Of a DNA stretch of 64,000 nucleotides, positions 36,283-47,699 are shown one piece after another. Position 1 is the stretch's first letter, and every line of letters starts with the position of its first letter. This DNA is from Ranitomeya imitator. Taxonomy: Eukaryota. The notes below the pieces were generated by a model. That model was given only the letters and a program-made list of their open reading frames with translations. It was not told the DNA's origin and did not search any database. Location: the NCBI RefSeq assembly GCF_032444005.1, contig NC_091284.1:176700001-176764000 (forward strand), read 5' to 3'. The position numbers and the translations under genes were made by a program.

Positions 36283-37308
36283 TGCCCAAAAGCGTACTAC
36301 AAAGGAACGCAAAAACAACTTATTTCCAAAATACGGGCCATAAATCGTAAGCTCATCCACAGAAAAATACGTATAGAACCAAACAAAAAGAAGTGAGCCA
36401 TAGAGCATTTCTTAAAAATGTATACAAATTTTATTAAGACAATTAAAAAAAAAACATAGTCATATTAACATAGAGACAATTATATGCAAAAAGAATCAGG
36501 GTGTAAATGACATCTAAGTGCCACGCACACAAAACAGTTGGTCAGGTTTTATGGCAAAAAACAGGAAGTAATACAAATATGCATATGTACTCCCACAACA
36601 GATAGCCCCGTATAGAGTATACCACTAAGAAATGTGGTAGTGACCGTTGGTAATTCCTAATCAACAATTAGTACATAGACCTAAAGTATAAAGTAACTGT
36701 ATAATCCAGATAAACATACAGGTCAGAGTAATGCAGAAGGAGTTATGACAAAAGCCAAAGATCACATATTATAAAGTTAGGCCAAAACTAAGGGGATCGT
36801 ACAAATATATCAATCCATAGATGACACACAGTTTGTTATATCATGTATAATGAAGGGAAGAGAATGCCCATAGTGCACCAACCTGAATGCGTAGCGTGGA
36901 AAAGCGGACCCCAACGCGCGTTTCGCAATGTTGCTTCCTCGGGGGGCATGGTGTTTAAGTGAAGGCTGCAGGTATTTATAGCCACAGGCAGCCAATTATT
37001 TGTGTATATGGCATCATGTGGGGCTTCCAAAAGCAACAGCGCCGGACCGGAAATCAAGGTCACAGCGTCCACCGTCATCATCCTGCGCCTGCTGCTGATG
37101 CACCAGACAAGCAGGCGAAGGGACGTCATGAGGACGCGTGACCATGGTGACGGCCAGACACAAGCCAGAGGGAGCGCACAGTGCCAGGAGGAGCGTGTCT
37201 AAGTGTGTGAAAGCCAGGGGAGGGAGCGCATGAGATGAGTCGTATTGAACATAGTAAAAGCGCATTGTTATCAGGAAGAGATGTATAGAGAGACCGTGCT
37301 GTTAACAC
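36283..37308 (-). mobile_element. Penelope pseudo-LTR, proximal part (distal part 47036-47700)
   Basis: Direct repeat of the 11295-16233 segments; TATAAATA at 36973-36980. Confidence 0.9.
36909..36945 (-). ncRNA. Minimal hammerhead ribozyme, second pseudo-LTR copy
   Basis: Same sequence and fold as 11898-11934. Confidence 0.7.
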
Positions 37309-38624
37309 TAGGGTTGAGCGAAACGGGTCGTTCATTTTCAAAAGTCGCCGACTTTTGGCAAAGTCGGGTTTCATGAAACCCGATCCGACCCCTGTGCGGG
37401 GTCGGCCATGCGGTACGCGACTTTCGCGCCAAAGTCGCGTTTCAATGACGCGAAAAGCGCCATTTCTCAGCCAATGAAGGTGGACGCAGAGTGTGGGCAG
37501 CGTGATGACATAGGTCCTGGTCCCCACCATCTTAGAGAAGGGCATTGCAGTGATTGGCTTGCTGTCTGCGGCGTCACAGGGGCTATAAAGGGGCGTCATC
37601 TTACTGCTGCTGATCTGAGCTTAGGGAGAGGTTGCTGCCGCTTCGTCAGAAGCAGGGATAGTGTTAGGCAGGGTCCATTCACCACCAAACCGCTTGTGCT
37701 GTAGCGATTTCCACTGTCCAACACCACCTTCGGTGTGCAGGGACAGTGGAAGCTACATTTTTTTTTTTTTCCCAGCGTTGTAGCTCATTGGGCTGCCCTA
37801 GAAGGCTCCGTGATAGCTGCATAGCTGTGTGTACGCCGCTGTGCAAACCAACTGCTTTTTTCAAAGCACAAATCCTGTTGTTCTGCACAGCTATCTTGTT
37901 TGTTTGTCCACACTTTTTATTTAATTTGTGCATCAGTCCACTCCTTATTGCTGCCTGCCATACCTGGCTGAGATTACTGCAGGGAGATAGTAATTGTAGG
38001 ACAGTCCCTGTTTTTTTTTTTTTTTTTGTGAGAGATTAAGATTGGCATTTCTGCTAGAGTGCCATCCCTGTGTGTGCCATCTCTCACTCAGTGGGCCATA
38101 GAAAGCCTATTTATTTTTTTGCTTGATTTGGGTTCTAAATCCTACCTGAAAAAATCACTACATCAATCAGTGGGAGAAAAATATTGGCCTCAGGGCTTGT
38201 GTGCCTGACTCCTGTGTGTGCCATCTCTCACTCAGTGGGGCATAGACAGCCTTTTTTTTATTTTTTTTATTTGGTTTCTAAATTGTCCTTGAAAAAATCC
38301 TTTTATTTTATTTGGTTTCTAAATTCTTCCTGAAAAAATCATTTTATTTAATTTTGTTTCTAAAGTCTCCCTGAAAAAAATAAAAAATAAAAAATAAAAC
38401 AGTGGGAGATTAATATTGACATTTTTGCTTGAGTGACAGTCCTGCGTGTGTGGCATCTCTGTGATTTGGTGCCACAGAAAACAGAGTGTGTAACATTGTG
38501 GCTGATTTTCCTTGTGGTCTCACCAACCTGTAAAGGGATATTGAAATCATACTGAAGTTATAGGTCACCGTGTAAGTTGTTTGACAGCAACAAATAAAGT
38601 TACTTTGGTTAAGTTTTTAAAACA

Positions 38625-41600
38625 ATGAGGAAGTCTGGTGCAAGAGGTCGTGGCCGTGGGCGTTCATTGTCAGCTAGTAATGATGGTAGTGGTAGTGGAG
38701 CATCAGGTGGTCGTGGGAAAAAAAATATTCCACCTAAGTCTGGAGCTGTGGAGCCAGGTTCGTCGTCTGGCTACACAAGGCCTCGAACGCTCTCTTTTCT
38801 GGGAGTAGGAAAACCGCTTTTAAAGCAGGAGCAGCAACAGCAAATTTTGGCTTATCTTGCAGACTCAGCCTCTAGCTCTTTTGCCTCCTCTTCTGAAACT
38901 GGTAAGTGTAAAAGCAGCGCGTCGCTTGTGGATGTTCACGGTCAGGGACAAGTCGCTTCCTTGTCCTCTTCAGCAAAAACAACAACAAGAGAGAAGGATG
39001 CAGCAGGCGACACAACGGGTTACTCCATGGAGCTCTTTACACATACCGTCCCTGGCTTAGAAAGTGAAACACTTAACAGGCCATGCCCATTACAAGTAGA
39101 TTCTGACATGGAGTGCACTGATGCACAGCCACAGCCTGACTACTATGCTGGTCCTTTGACTCAGACCACAACATTGCCCTCTCAGGGTACTGATCCACAA
39201 TCAGACCCTGATGAGACTATGTTGCCCCATCACGAACGCTATACCACCGACCGACACGGTGACACAGACGAAGTTGCATACGAGCTAGAAGAGGAGGTAA
39301 TAGATGACCCAGTTGTTGACCCCGATTGGCAGCCATTGGGGGAGCAGGGTGCAGGCGGCAGTAGTTCAGAAGCGGAGGTGGAGGAGGGGCCGCAGCAGGC
39401 TTCAACATCGCAACAGGTTCCATCTGCCGGGCCCGTATCTGGCCCAAAACGTGTGTCAAAGCCAAAACCTGTTGGAGGACAGCGTGGCCATCCGGTTAAA
39501 GCTCAGTCTGCAATCCCTGAAAAGGGATCCGATGCTAGGAAGAGTGCAGTCTGGCATTTTTTTAAACAACATCCAATTGATCAGTGCAAAGTCATCTGTC
39601 AAAAATGTTCAACTAGCTTAAGCAGAGGTCAGAATCTGAAAAGTCTAAATACAAGTTGCATGCATAGACATTTAACCACCATGCATTTTCAAGCCTGGAC
39701 TAACTACCAAACGTCCCTTAAGGTTGTAGCACCCTCAGCCAATGAAGCTAGTCAGCAACGCAACATCCCTTCCGTCACTGTAAGGCCACCATTTTGCGCA
39801 CCACCGGCAGTATCTGTGCAGGTTTCTTTGCCAGCCAAAAGCAGTCAGGGTCAGGGAATCACCAGTTTTGTAGGAGGAAATATTGCATCTAGGGCACCGG
39901 TGGAAATAATACCGTCTCCAACCGTCTCTCAGTCTGCCATGTCCACCGGCACACCCGCAAGTTCCACGATCTCCAGCTCTCCAGTCCAGCTCACCCTACA
40001 TGAGACTCTGGTTAGAAAAAGGAAGTACTTATCCTCGCATCCGCGTACACAGGGTTTTAACGCCCACATAGCTAGACTAATCTCGTTAGAGATGATGCCC
40101 TACCGGTTAGTTGAAAGTGAAGCTTTCAAAGCCCTGATGGAGTACGCTGAACCACGCTACGAGCTACCCAGTCGACACTTTTTTTCCGGAAAAGCCATCC
40201 CAGCCCTGCACCAGCATGTTAAACAGCGCATCGTCCATGCACTCAGGCAATCTGTGAGTACAAAGGTGCACCTGACTACAGATGCATGGACCAGTAGGCA
40301 TGGCCAGGGACGTTACGTGTCCATCACGGCACACTGGGTGAATGTGGTGGATGCAGGGTCCACAGGGGACATCAATTTCGGGACAGTTGTGCCTAGCCCA
40401 CGGTCTAGGAAACAGTTGGCTGTAGGCGTTCGCACCCCCTCCTCCTCCTCCTCGTCCTCCTGCAGAAGCGACAGCTCTTCCACAGACCGCAGTCAGTCAA
40501 CCACTCCATCGGCAGCTGACACTGTTGCACACCAGTTGTCCCATTATGGGCCAGCTACTGGCAAGCGTCAGCAGGCTGTATTGGCTATGAAGTGTTTGGG
40601 CGACAACAGACACACCGCGGAAGTTCTGTCCGAGTTCTTGCAACAAGAAACGCAGTCGTGGCTGGGCACAGTAGATCTTGAGGCAGGCAAGGTAGTGAGT
40701 GATAACGGAAGGAATTTCATGGCTGCCATCTCCCATTCCCAACTGAAACACATTCCTTGCCTGGCTCACACCTTAAACCTGGTGGTGCAGTGCTTATTGA
40801 AAACTTATCCTGGGTTCTCCGACCTGCTCCTCAAAGTGCGTGGACTTTGCTCACATATCCGACGTTCGCCTGTACACTCCGGCCGTATGCAGACCTATCA
40901 GCCGTCTTTGAACCTTCCCCAGCATCGCCTAATCATAGACGTTGCAACAAGGTGGAACTCAACATTGCACATGCTTCAGAGACTGTGCCAACAGAGGCGG
41001 GCTGTTATGTTTTTGTGGGAGGATACACATACACGGGCAGGCAGTAGGATGGCAGACATGGAGTTGTCAGGTGTGCAGTGGTCGAAGATACAAGACATGT
41101 GTCAAGTCCTTCAGTGTTTTGAGGAATGCACACGGCTGGTTAGTGCAGACAACGCCATAATAAGCATGAGCATCCCCCTAATGTGTCTGCTGATGCAAAG
41201 TTTGACGCACATAAAGGATCAGGCGTCTGCACCAGAGGAAGAGGAAAGCCTTGATGACAGTCAGCCATTGTCTGGTCAGGGCAGTGTACAGGACGAGGTA
41301 GCGGGCGAAGAGGAGGTGGAAGACGAGGAGGATGATGGGGATGAGTATATTTTTAATGAGGAAGCTTTCCCGGGGGCACTGGAAATTGGTGGCGTGGCAA
41401 GGCCGGGTTCTGGTTTTTTGAGGGACACAAGTGACGTAGATTTGCCTGAAACTGCCCCTCAACCAATCACAACCGCAGATTTGACAACTGGAACTTTGGC
41501 CCACATGGCGGATTATGCCTTACGTATCCTCAAAAGGGACACACGCATTACTAAAATGATGAACGATGATGATTACTGGTTGGCCTGCCTCCTTGATCCT

Positions 41601-42202
41601 CGCTATAAAGGCAAATTGCAAAATATTATGCCACATGAGAACTTGGAACTAATATTAGCAACCAAACAATCAACTCTTGTTGACCGTTTGCTTCAGGCAT
41701 TCCCAGCACACAGCGCCCGTGCCGTGATCGTTCTCACACGAGCTCCAGGGGGCAGCAGACCAGGAGTGTTAGCGGTGCACACATCAGAAGTGACGTTGGA
41801 CAGAGGGGTTTTCTGACCAGGTTGTGGAGTGATTTTGCTATGACCGCAGACAGGACAGGTACTGCTGCATCAATTGAAAGTGACAGGAGACAACATTTGT
41901 CCAGTATGGTTACTAACTATTTTTCATCCCTTATCGATGTTCTCCCTCAACCGTCATTCCTATTTGATTACTGGGCATCAAAATTAGACACCTGGCCAGA
42001 ATTGGCAGAATATGCATTGCAGGAGCTTGCTTGCCCGGCAGCTAGTGTCCTATCAGAAAGAGTATTCAGTGCTGCAGGTTCAATATTAACCGAAAAAAGG
42101 ACTCGTCTGGCTACCCAAAATGTTGATGATCTAACATTCATTAAAATGAACCACAACTGGATTTCGAATTCTTTTGCCCCACCTTGCCCGGCAGACACCT
42201 AG
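38625..42202 (+). pseudogene. hAT transposase with BED finger, about 1190 aa if a 5-bp duplication is removed
   Basis: WHFF..C..C..H....H BED finger, TTDAWTS, SDNG, CLAH, TRWNS, SERVFS, dimerisation domain; frameshift at ccgtg-ccgtg 41717-41726. Confidence 0.93.
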
Positions 42203-42889
42203 CTTTCCTACGAAAAGCTCTTGCCTGTGGACTACTGTGAATTTCTTTTCGAATGTCTAATTTGCTGCAGCTGATTGTCCAGCATACGACATGTTTACAC
42301 CTCCCTAAATGGCCAAACTCCCCACACGGGGCCGTGGTATCGCGACTTGGCGCAAGCACCCGTGAGAGTGCTGTTTGTCTGAAGAGGTGGGTGTGCCCGC
42401 TTTTGGTCGACGGCACTGCCACTGGGTCCCTCATAGTACAATAAAGTGTCTCTTGCGGTGGTGGTGCGCACCCAACGTCAGACACACTGTTGTAACATGA
42501 GGGGCCCTGGGCCTGTACCGCCGTCCACAAGAGAGTTCACCCACCCCCAGGTCAAACATTGCTCTGCCACTTCCACAATTATCTCTCACACTTCCACCAA
42601 TGTTTAGACTATGCGCTGACATCCTTCCATTCCTGCCACTGACAATACCATTGTGTTGACATGTATAATGGTACTTAACATAGTCAGGGGCAGTGTCCTC
42701 TATTTACCCAAGTAAAAACTTTGCGCCAAATTAGTAGGTCAGAAACAACGCAGAGGATCCCACCCCTGTACCTAAAGATTGCACCCTTTAGTGTTTTCGC
42801 TGGATTTTAATGTGAGACATTCACATTTATGTATTGTTTTGGACTACTAACTGGCAGACACTCATTACAATCATCCTCCACTGACCAGG

Positions 42890-45100
42890 CCACTGCTGCC
42901 CGTGTACCCCTGGAACCAATTATAAAGTGCCTACAGCCCAATTTTTTTATGTTAGGCCTTCGAAGCCTGTCTGCGGTCCGTTCTTTCTACTACTACTACA
43001 CTGACCAGGCCACTGCTGCCCGTGTTCCCCTGGAACCAATGTAAAATTGCCTACAGCCATCTGTTATTATGTTAGGCCTTCGAAGCCTGTCTGCGGTCAC
43101 TCCTTCCACTAGGCCTCCACTGACCAGACCACTGCTGCCCGTGTTCCCCTGGAACCAATGTAAAATTGCCTACAGCCATCTGTTATTATGTTAGGCCTTC
43201 GAAGCCTGTCTGTGGTCACTCCTTCCACTAGGCCTCCACTGACCAGACCACTGCTGCCCGTGTTCCCCTGGAACCAATTTTAAATTGCCTACAGCCAGCT
43301 CAATTTTTTTATGTTAGGCCTTCGAAGCCTGTCTGCGGTCCGTTCTTTCTACTACTACTACACTGACCAGGCCACTGCTGCCCGTGTTCCCCTGGAACCA
43401 ATTTAAAATTGCCTACAGCCATCTGTTATTATGTTAGGCCTTCGAAGCCTGTCTGCGGGCACTCCTTCCACTAGGCCTCCACTGACTACACCAGTGACAC
43501 CACTGCTGCCCGTGTACCCCTGGAACCAATTTAAAATTGCCTACAGCCATCTGATATTATTTTAGGCCTTCGATGCCTGTCTGCGGTCACTCCTTCCACT
43601 AGGCCTCCACTGACCACACCACTGCTGCCCGTGTACCCCTGGAACCAATGTAAAATTGCCTACAGCCAGCCCAATTTTTTTATGTTAGGCCTTCGAAGCC
43701 TGTCTGCGGTCCGTTCTTTCTACTACTACTACACTGACCAGGCCACTGCTGCCCGTGTTCCCCTGGAACCAATTTAAAATTGCCTACAGCCATATGTTAT
43801 TATGTTAGGCCTTTGATGCCTGTCTGCGGTCACTCCTTCCACTAGGCCTCCACTGACCACACCACTGCTGCCCGTGTACCCCTGGAACCAATGTAAAATT
43901 GCCTACAGCCATCTGTTATTATGTTAGGCCTTCGAAGCCTGTCTGCGGTCACTCCTCCCACTAGGCCTCCACTGACCACACCACTGCTGCCCGTGTACCC
44001 CTGGAACCAATGTAAAATTGCCTACAGCCAGCCCAATTTTTTTATGTTAGGCCTTCGAAGCCTGTCTGCGGTCCGTTCTTTCTACTACTACTACACTGAC
44101 CAGGCCACTGCTGCCCGTGTTCCCCTGGAACCAATTTAAAATTGCCTACAGCCATATGTTATTATGTTAGGCCTTTGATGCCTGTCTGCGGTCACTCCTT
44201 CCACTAGGCCTCCACTGACCACACCACTGCTGCCCGTGTACCCCTGGAACCAATGTAAAATTGCCTACAGCCATCTGTTATTATGTTAGGCCTTCGAAGC
44301 CTGTCTGCGGTCACTCCTTCCACTAGGCCTCCACAGACCAGACCACTGCTGCCCGTGTTCCCCTGGAACCAATTTTAAATTGCCTACAGCCAGCCCAATT
44401 TTTTTATGTTAGGCCTTCGAAGCCTGTCTGCGGTCCGTTCTTTCTACTACTACTACACTGACCAGGCCACTGCTGCCCGTGTTCCCCTGGAACCAATGTA
44501 AAATTGCCTACAGCCATCTGTTATTATGTTAGGCCTTCGAAGCCTGTCTGCGGTCACTCCTTCCACTAGGCCTCCACTGACCAGACCACTGCTGCCCGTA
44601 TTCCCCTGGAACCAATTTTAAATTGCCTACAGCCAGCCCAATTTTTTTATGTTAGGCCTTCGAAGCCTGTCTGCGGTCCGTTCTTTCTACTACTACTACA
44701 CTGACCAGGCCACTGCTGCCCGTGTTCCCCTGGAACCAATTTAAAATTGCCTACAGCCATCTGTTATTATGTTAGGCCTTCGAACCCTGTCTGCGGTCAC
44801 TCCTTCCACTAGGCCTCCACTGACCACACCACTGCTGCCCGTGTACCCCTGGAACCATTTTTAAAGTGCCTACAGCCTAATTTTGTTATGTTAGGCCTAC
44901 TACGCCTGTCTGTGGTCCCTCCTTCCAATACTCGTCCACTGACCACACCACTGCTGCCCGTGGACCCCTGGAACCAATTTTTAATTGCATAGAGCATCAT
45001 TTTTTTAATAGTAGGCGTACAAAGTCTGTGTGCGGTCCACTATTGAAATTGTCCTCCACTGCCCAGAGCAATGCTGCCTGTGTACCCCTGTAACTTTTTT
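42890..45100. repeat. Satellite array of 119/124-bp monomers with a 362-bp higher-order repeat
   Basis: Anchor ccactgctgcccgtg at 43619, 43743, 43862, 43981, 44105 and 44224, among others. Confidence 0.95.
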
Positions 45101-45292
45101 AAGCTGCAGTGAGCCACATTTTTGGTTTAAGGCCTACTACCTGTGTCTGTCTGCGCCACTCAATTCAGCTGTGTTACTTTGAAAAAAGCAGAGCGTCAAT
45201 AGTCTTGTTTTCAGCCTCTAGGAATTTTAAAAGTGCTTTGGGGGTACAACTTTGGTAGGGCCTACTAACGGTGTCTGCCGCCCCAAGGTGTG

Positions 45293-45810
45293 CCCCAGGT
45301 TTCGTCCACATTGCTTCGGTCTTCCGACTCTCGTTTAGTAGTTGTAGAAAACTACACTGCATTAGGCCTACAAATTGGGTATGGGGTGTAGAGAGATGGT
45401 GTGTTACACTAAAAGGTGTTCCCCAGGTTTCGTCCACATTGCTTCGGTCTTCCGACTCTCGTTTAGTAGTTGTAGAAAACTACACTGCATTAGGCCTACA
45501 AATTGGGTATGGGGTGTAGAGAGATGGTGTGTTCCACTCCAAGGTGTTCCCCAGGTTTCCTCTCCATTGCTTCGATCTTCATGCTCTCGTTTAGTAGTTG
45601 TTGGAAACTACGCTGCATTAGGCCTACAAATTGGGTATGGGGTGTAGAGAGATGGTGTGTTACACTCCAATGTGTTCCCCAGGTTTCCTCTCCATTGCTT
45701 CGATCTTCTGGCTCTCGTTTAGTAGTTGTTGGAAACTACACTGTATTAGGCCTACAAATTGGGTATGGGGTGTAGAGACGGTGTGTTCCACTCCAAGGTG
45801 TTCTCCAGGT
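45293..45810. repeat. 128-bp tandem array (about 4 units)
   Basis: ccccaggttt anchors at 45293, 45421, 45549 and 45677. Confidence 0.93.
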
Positions 45811-47699
45811 TGCCTTTCCTGAGCTTCTATCTTCAGGCTCTTGTTAAATAGTGGTTAAATGGAACAACTGCATTTGGCGTACTAGTTGGTTTGGGGCCTA
45901 CTAACAGTGTCTGCCGCTCCTTGCTGTTCTCCTGGTTTCCTGTCCTGAAATTCCATTTTCAGGCTCTCGTTAAGTAGTTGTTAATGTTAGACTGCATTTG
46001 GCCTACTAGTTGGGTTGGGGCCTACTATCGGTGTCTGCCACTCCTTGCTGTTCTCCTCCACTGAACAAAGCTGTGCCGCCTGTTTACTACGGTTGCCAAT
46101 TTTGAACTGCATTTCGACTACTTACTGATTTGGGCCTACTCTCTGTGTCAGCCTCTCATTCCAGTTGTCCTCCACTGCAATGCCCCCTGGTTAGTCCTGT
46201 GTTACCAATTTTGAACTGCATTTAGCCCACTTTATTCTTTGGGCCTATATCTGTGTTTCCTCCTCATCCTGCCCATTGCCCAGCCAGTGATAGATGAGTC
46301 TGCTGGTACATTGACCCATAACGCAAAATTCCCCTTGCACGCTACACAGCAAGATTGTGACCCTGCTGAAAGTCAGGTTCCTCTTCCCGCATACCATACC
46401 ACCTTACACGGGGACAAAGAGGAAGGTGCAGATGAAAGTGCAGGTTCCTTCATCAGGTGAGGGGAGGAATACTAGTTGGCGACGTCACTGGCACAGGGCC
46501 TCTCATAGTACGCAAAAGTGTTGCTGCCGGTGGGAGGCGCCCCCGCCGTGCAAACACACCGCTGTACTTTGAGGGGCCTTGTGCCAGTGCCAATGCCAAC
46601 GAGTGGGCCCCCCCTGCTTGCTCAGGATATCAGCACTTGCAAAGTTGAAATACTTACCTCTCCCTGCTCCACTGCCGTGACGTGTTCCAGATTTCCTGGG
46701 CCCACTAATTACTTGAACCAGCCCTACCCCCCACAACTTTAGCCAAATGACCCCCAATTTCAAATGCCTTCCAATTATTATAAGGTAAATTACGATTGAC
46801 AAGCTTCTGTAACAAGAATGGATGTTTTTGCCATTAAAATGGGCAGTGTTGGTGTTTTCCTGGCCTCCACTCACTGCCGACTATGCTCCCCCATTGACTT
46901 GCATTGGGTTTCGGGTTTCGGGCAATACCCGACTTTTCGCGATAATCGGCCGATTCCACTCGACTCGACTTCTAAGATAGTCGGGTTTCGCGAAACACGG
47001 CTCGACTCTAAAAAGGTCAAGGTCGCTCAACCCTAGTTAACACCAAGGGAAATGCTGAATAAGTTGCAGTGAGCAATGTGAGAAAGATTGCATATGTGTG
47101 TGAACATATGAACAAGAGTGCCAAATAAAAAAATATAGAGCAATAAAGCATTGGAAAATAGGACACATAAGGCATAACCTTAATGAATATAATATAAGGG
47201 CACTGGAAAGTGAAAATATACACATGCACAGTGTATAGAAGAGTGCACAAGGGAAAGAGTGTTATATACACAAAATAAATGTGTTGTATTAAACAGCAAA
47301 ATGTGCTTTAGCCAAAACAAAATAATACAATATATATGCTGCATGGTGGGCAACCATAGACAACATTAAAGTGTTATCATTGAGAGTGCAAAATCACATG
47401 AGAAAGATTAATATAAATATTAAATATTAAAAATGGATCATAAAAGGTAAGTATCATTAAAATACATAAGTGAACAACAACAATAACAATGAATGAGTAA
47501 AAGATATAATAAACGGCTAAAAAATCTTCTCCCCCTTCAGTAGCTGTAAAATGAAATAGACGGCAAGGTAAGCCCTACATCAAATAACCCAGACATTTCA
47601 AAAAGACCTGTAGTAAAAAGAAAAAGAAGAGTGAGACTTAAAATCATTAATAATATAAAACCAAATGAAGTAAACAAACACAGCACACAAATCATAAAA

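Larger units (their letters stand above)
37309..47035 (+). mobile_element. 9.7-kb hAT transposon
   Basis: 13-bp TIR tagggttgagcga, 8-bp TSD gttaacac (37301-37308, 47036-47043), CpG-rich subterminal motifs, CCAAT and TATA near 37470-37590; empty site at about 15545-15560. Confidence 0.96.

Noticed and set aside
38625-42202. Domesticated ZBED-type host gene
   Set aside because: Bounded by TIRs and an 8-bp TSD inside another repeat, and frameshifted.
42890-45810. CRISPR-like array
   Set aside because: Whole monomers repeat with no unique spacers, there are no cas genes, and the context is eukaryotic; it is a satellite.
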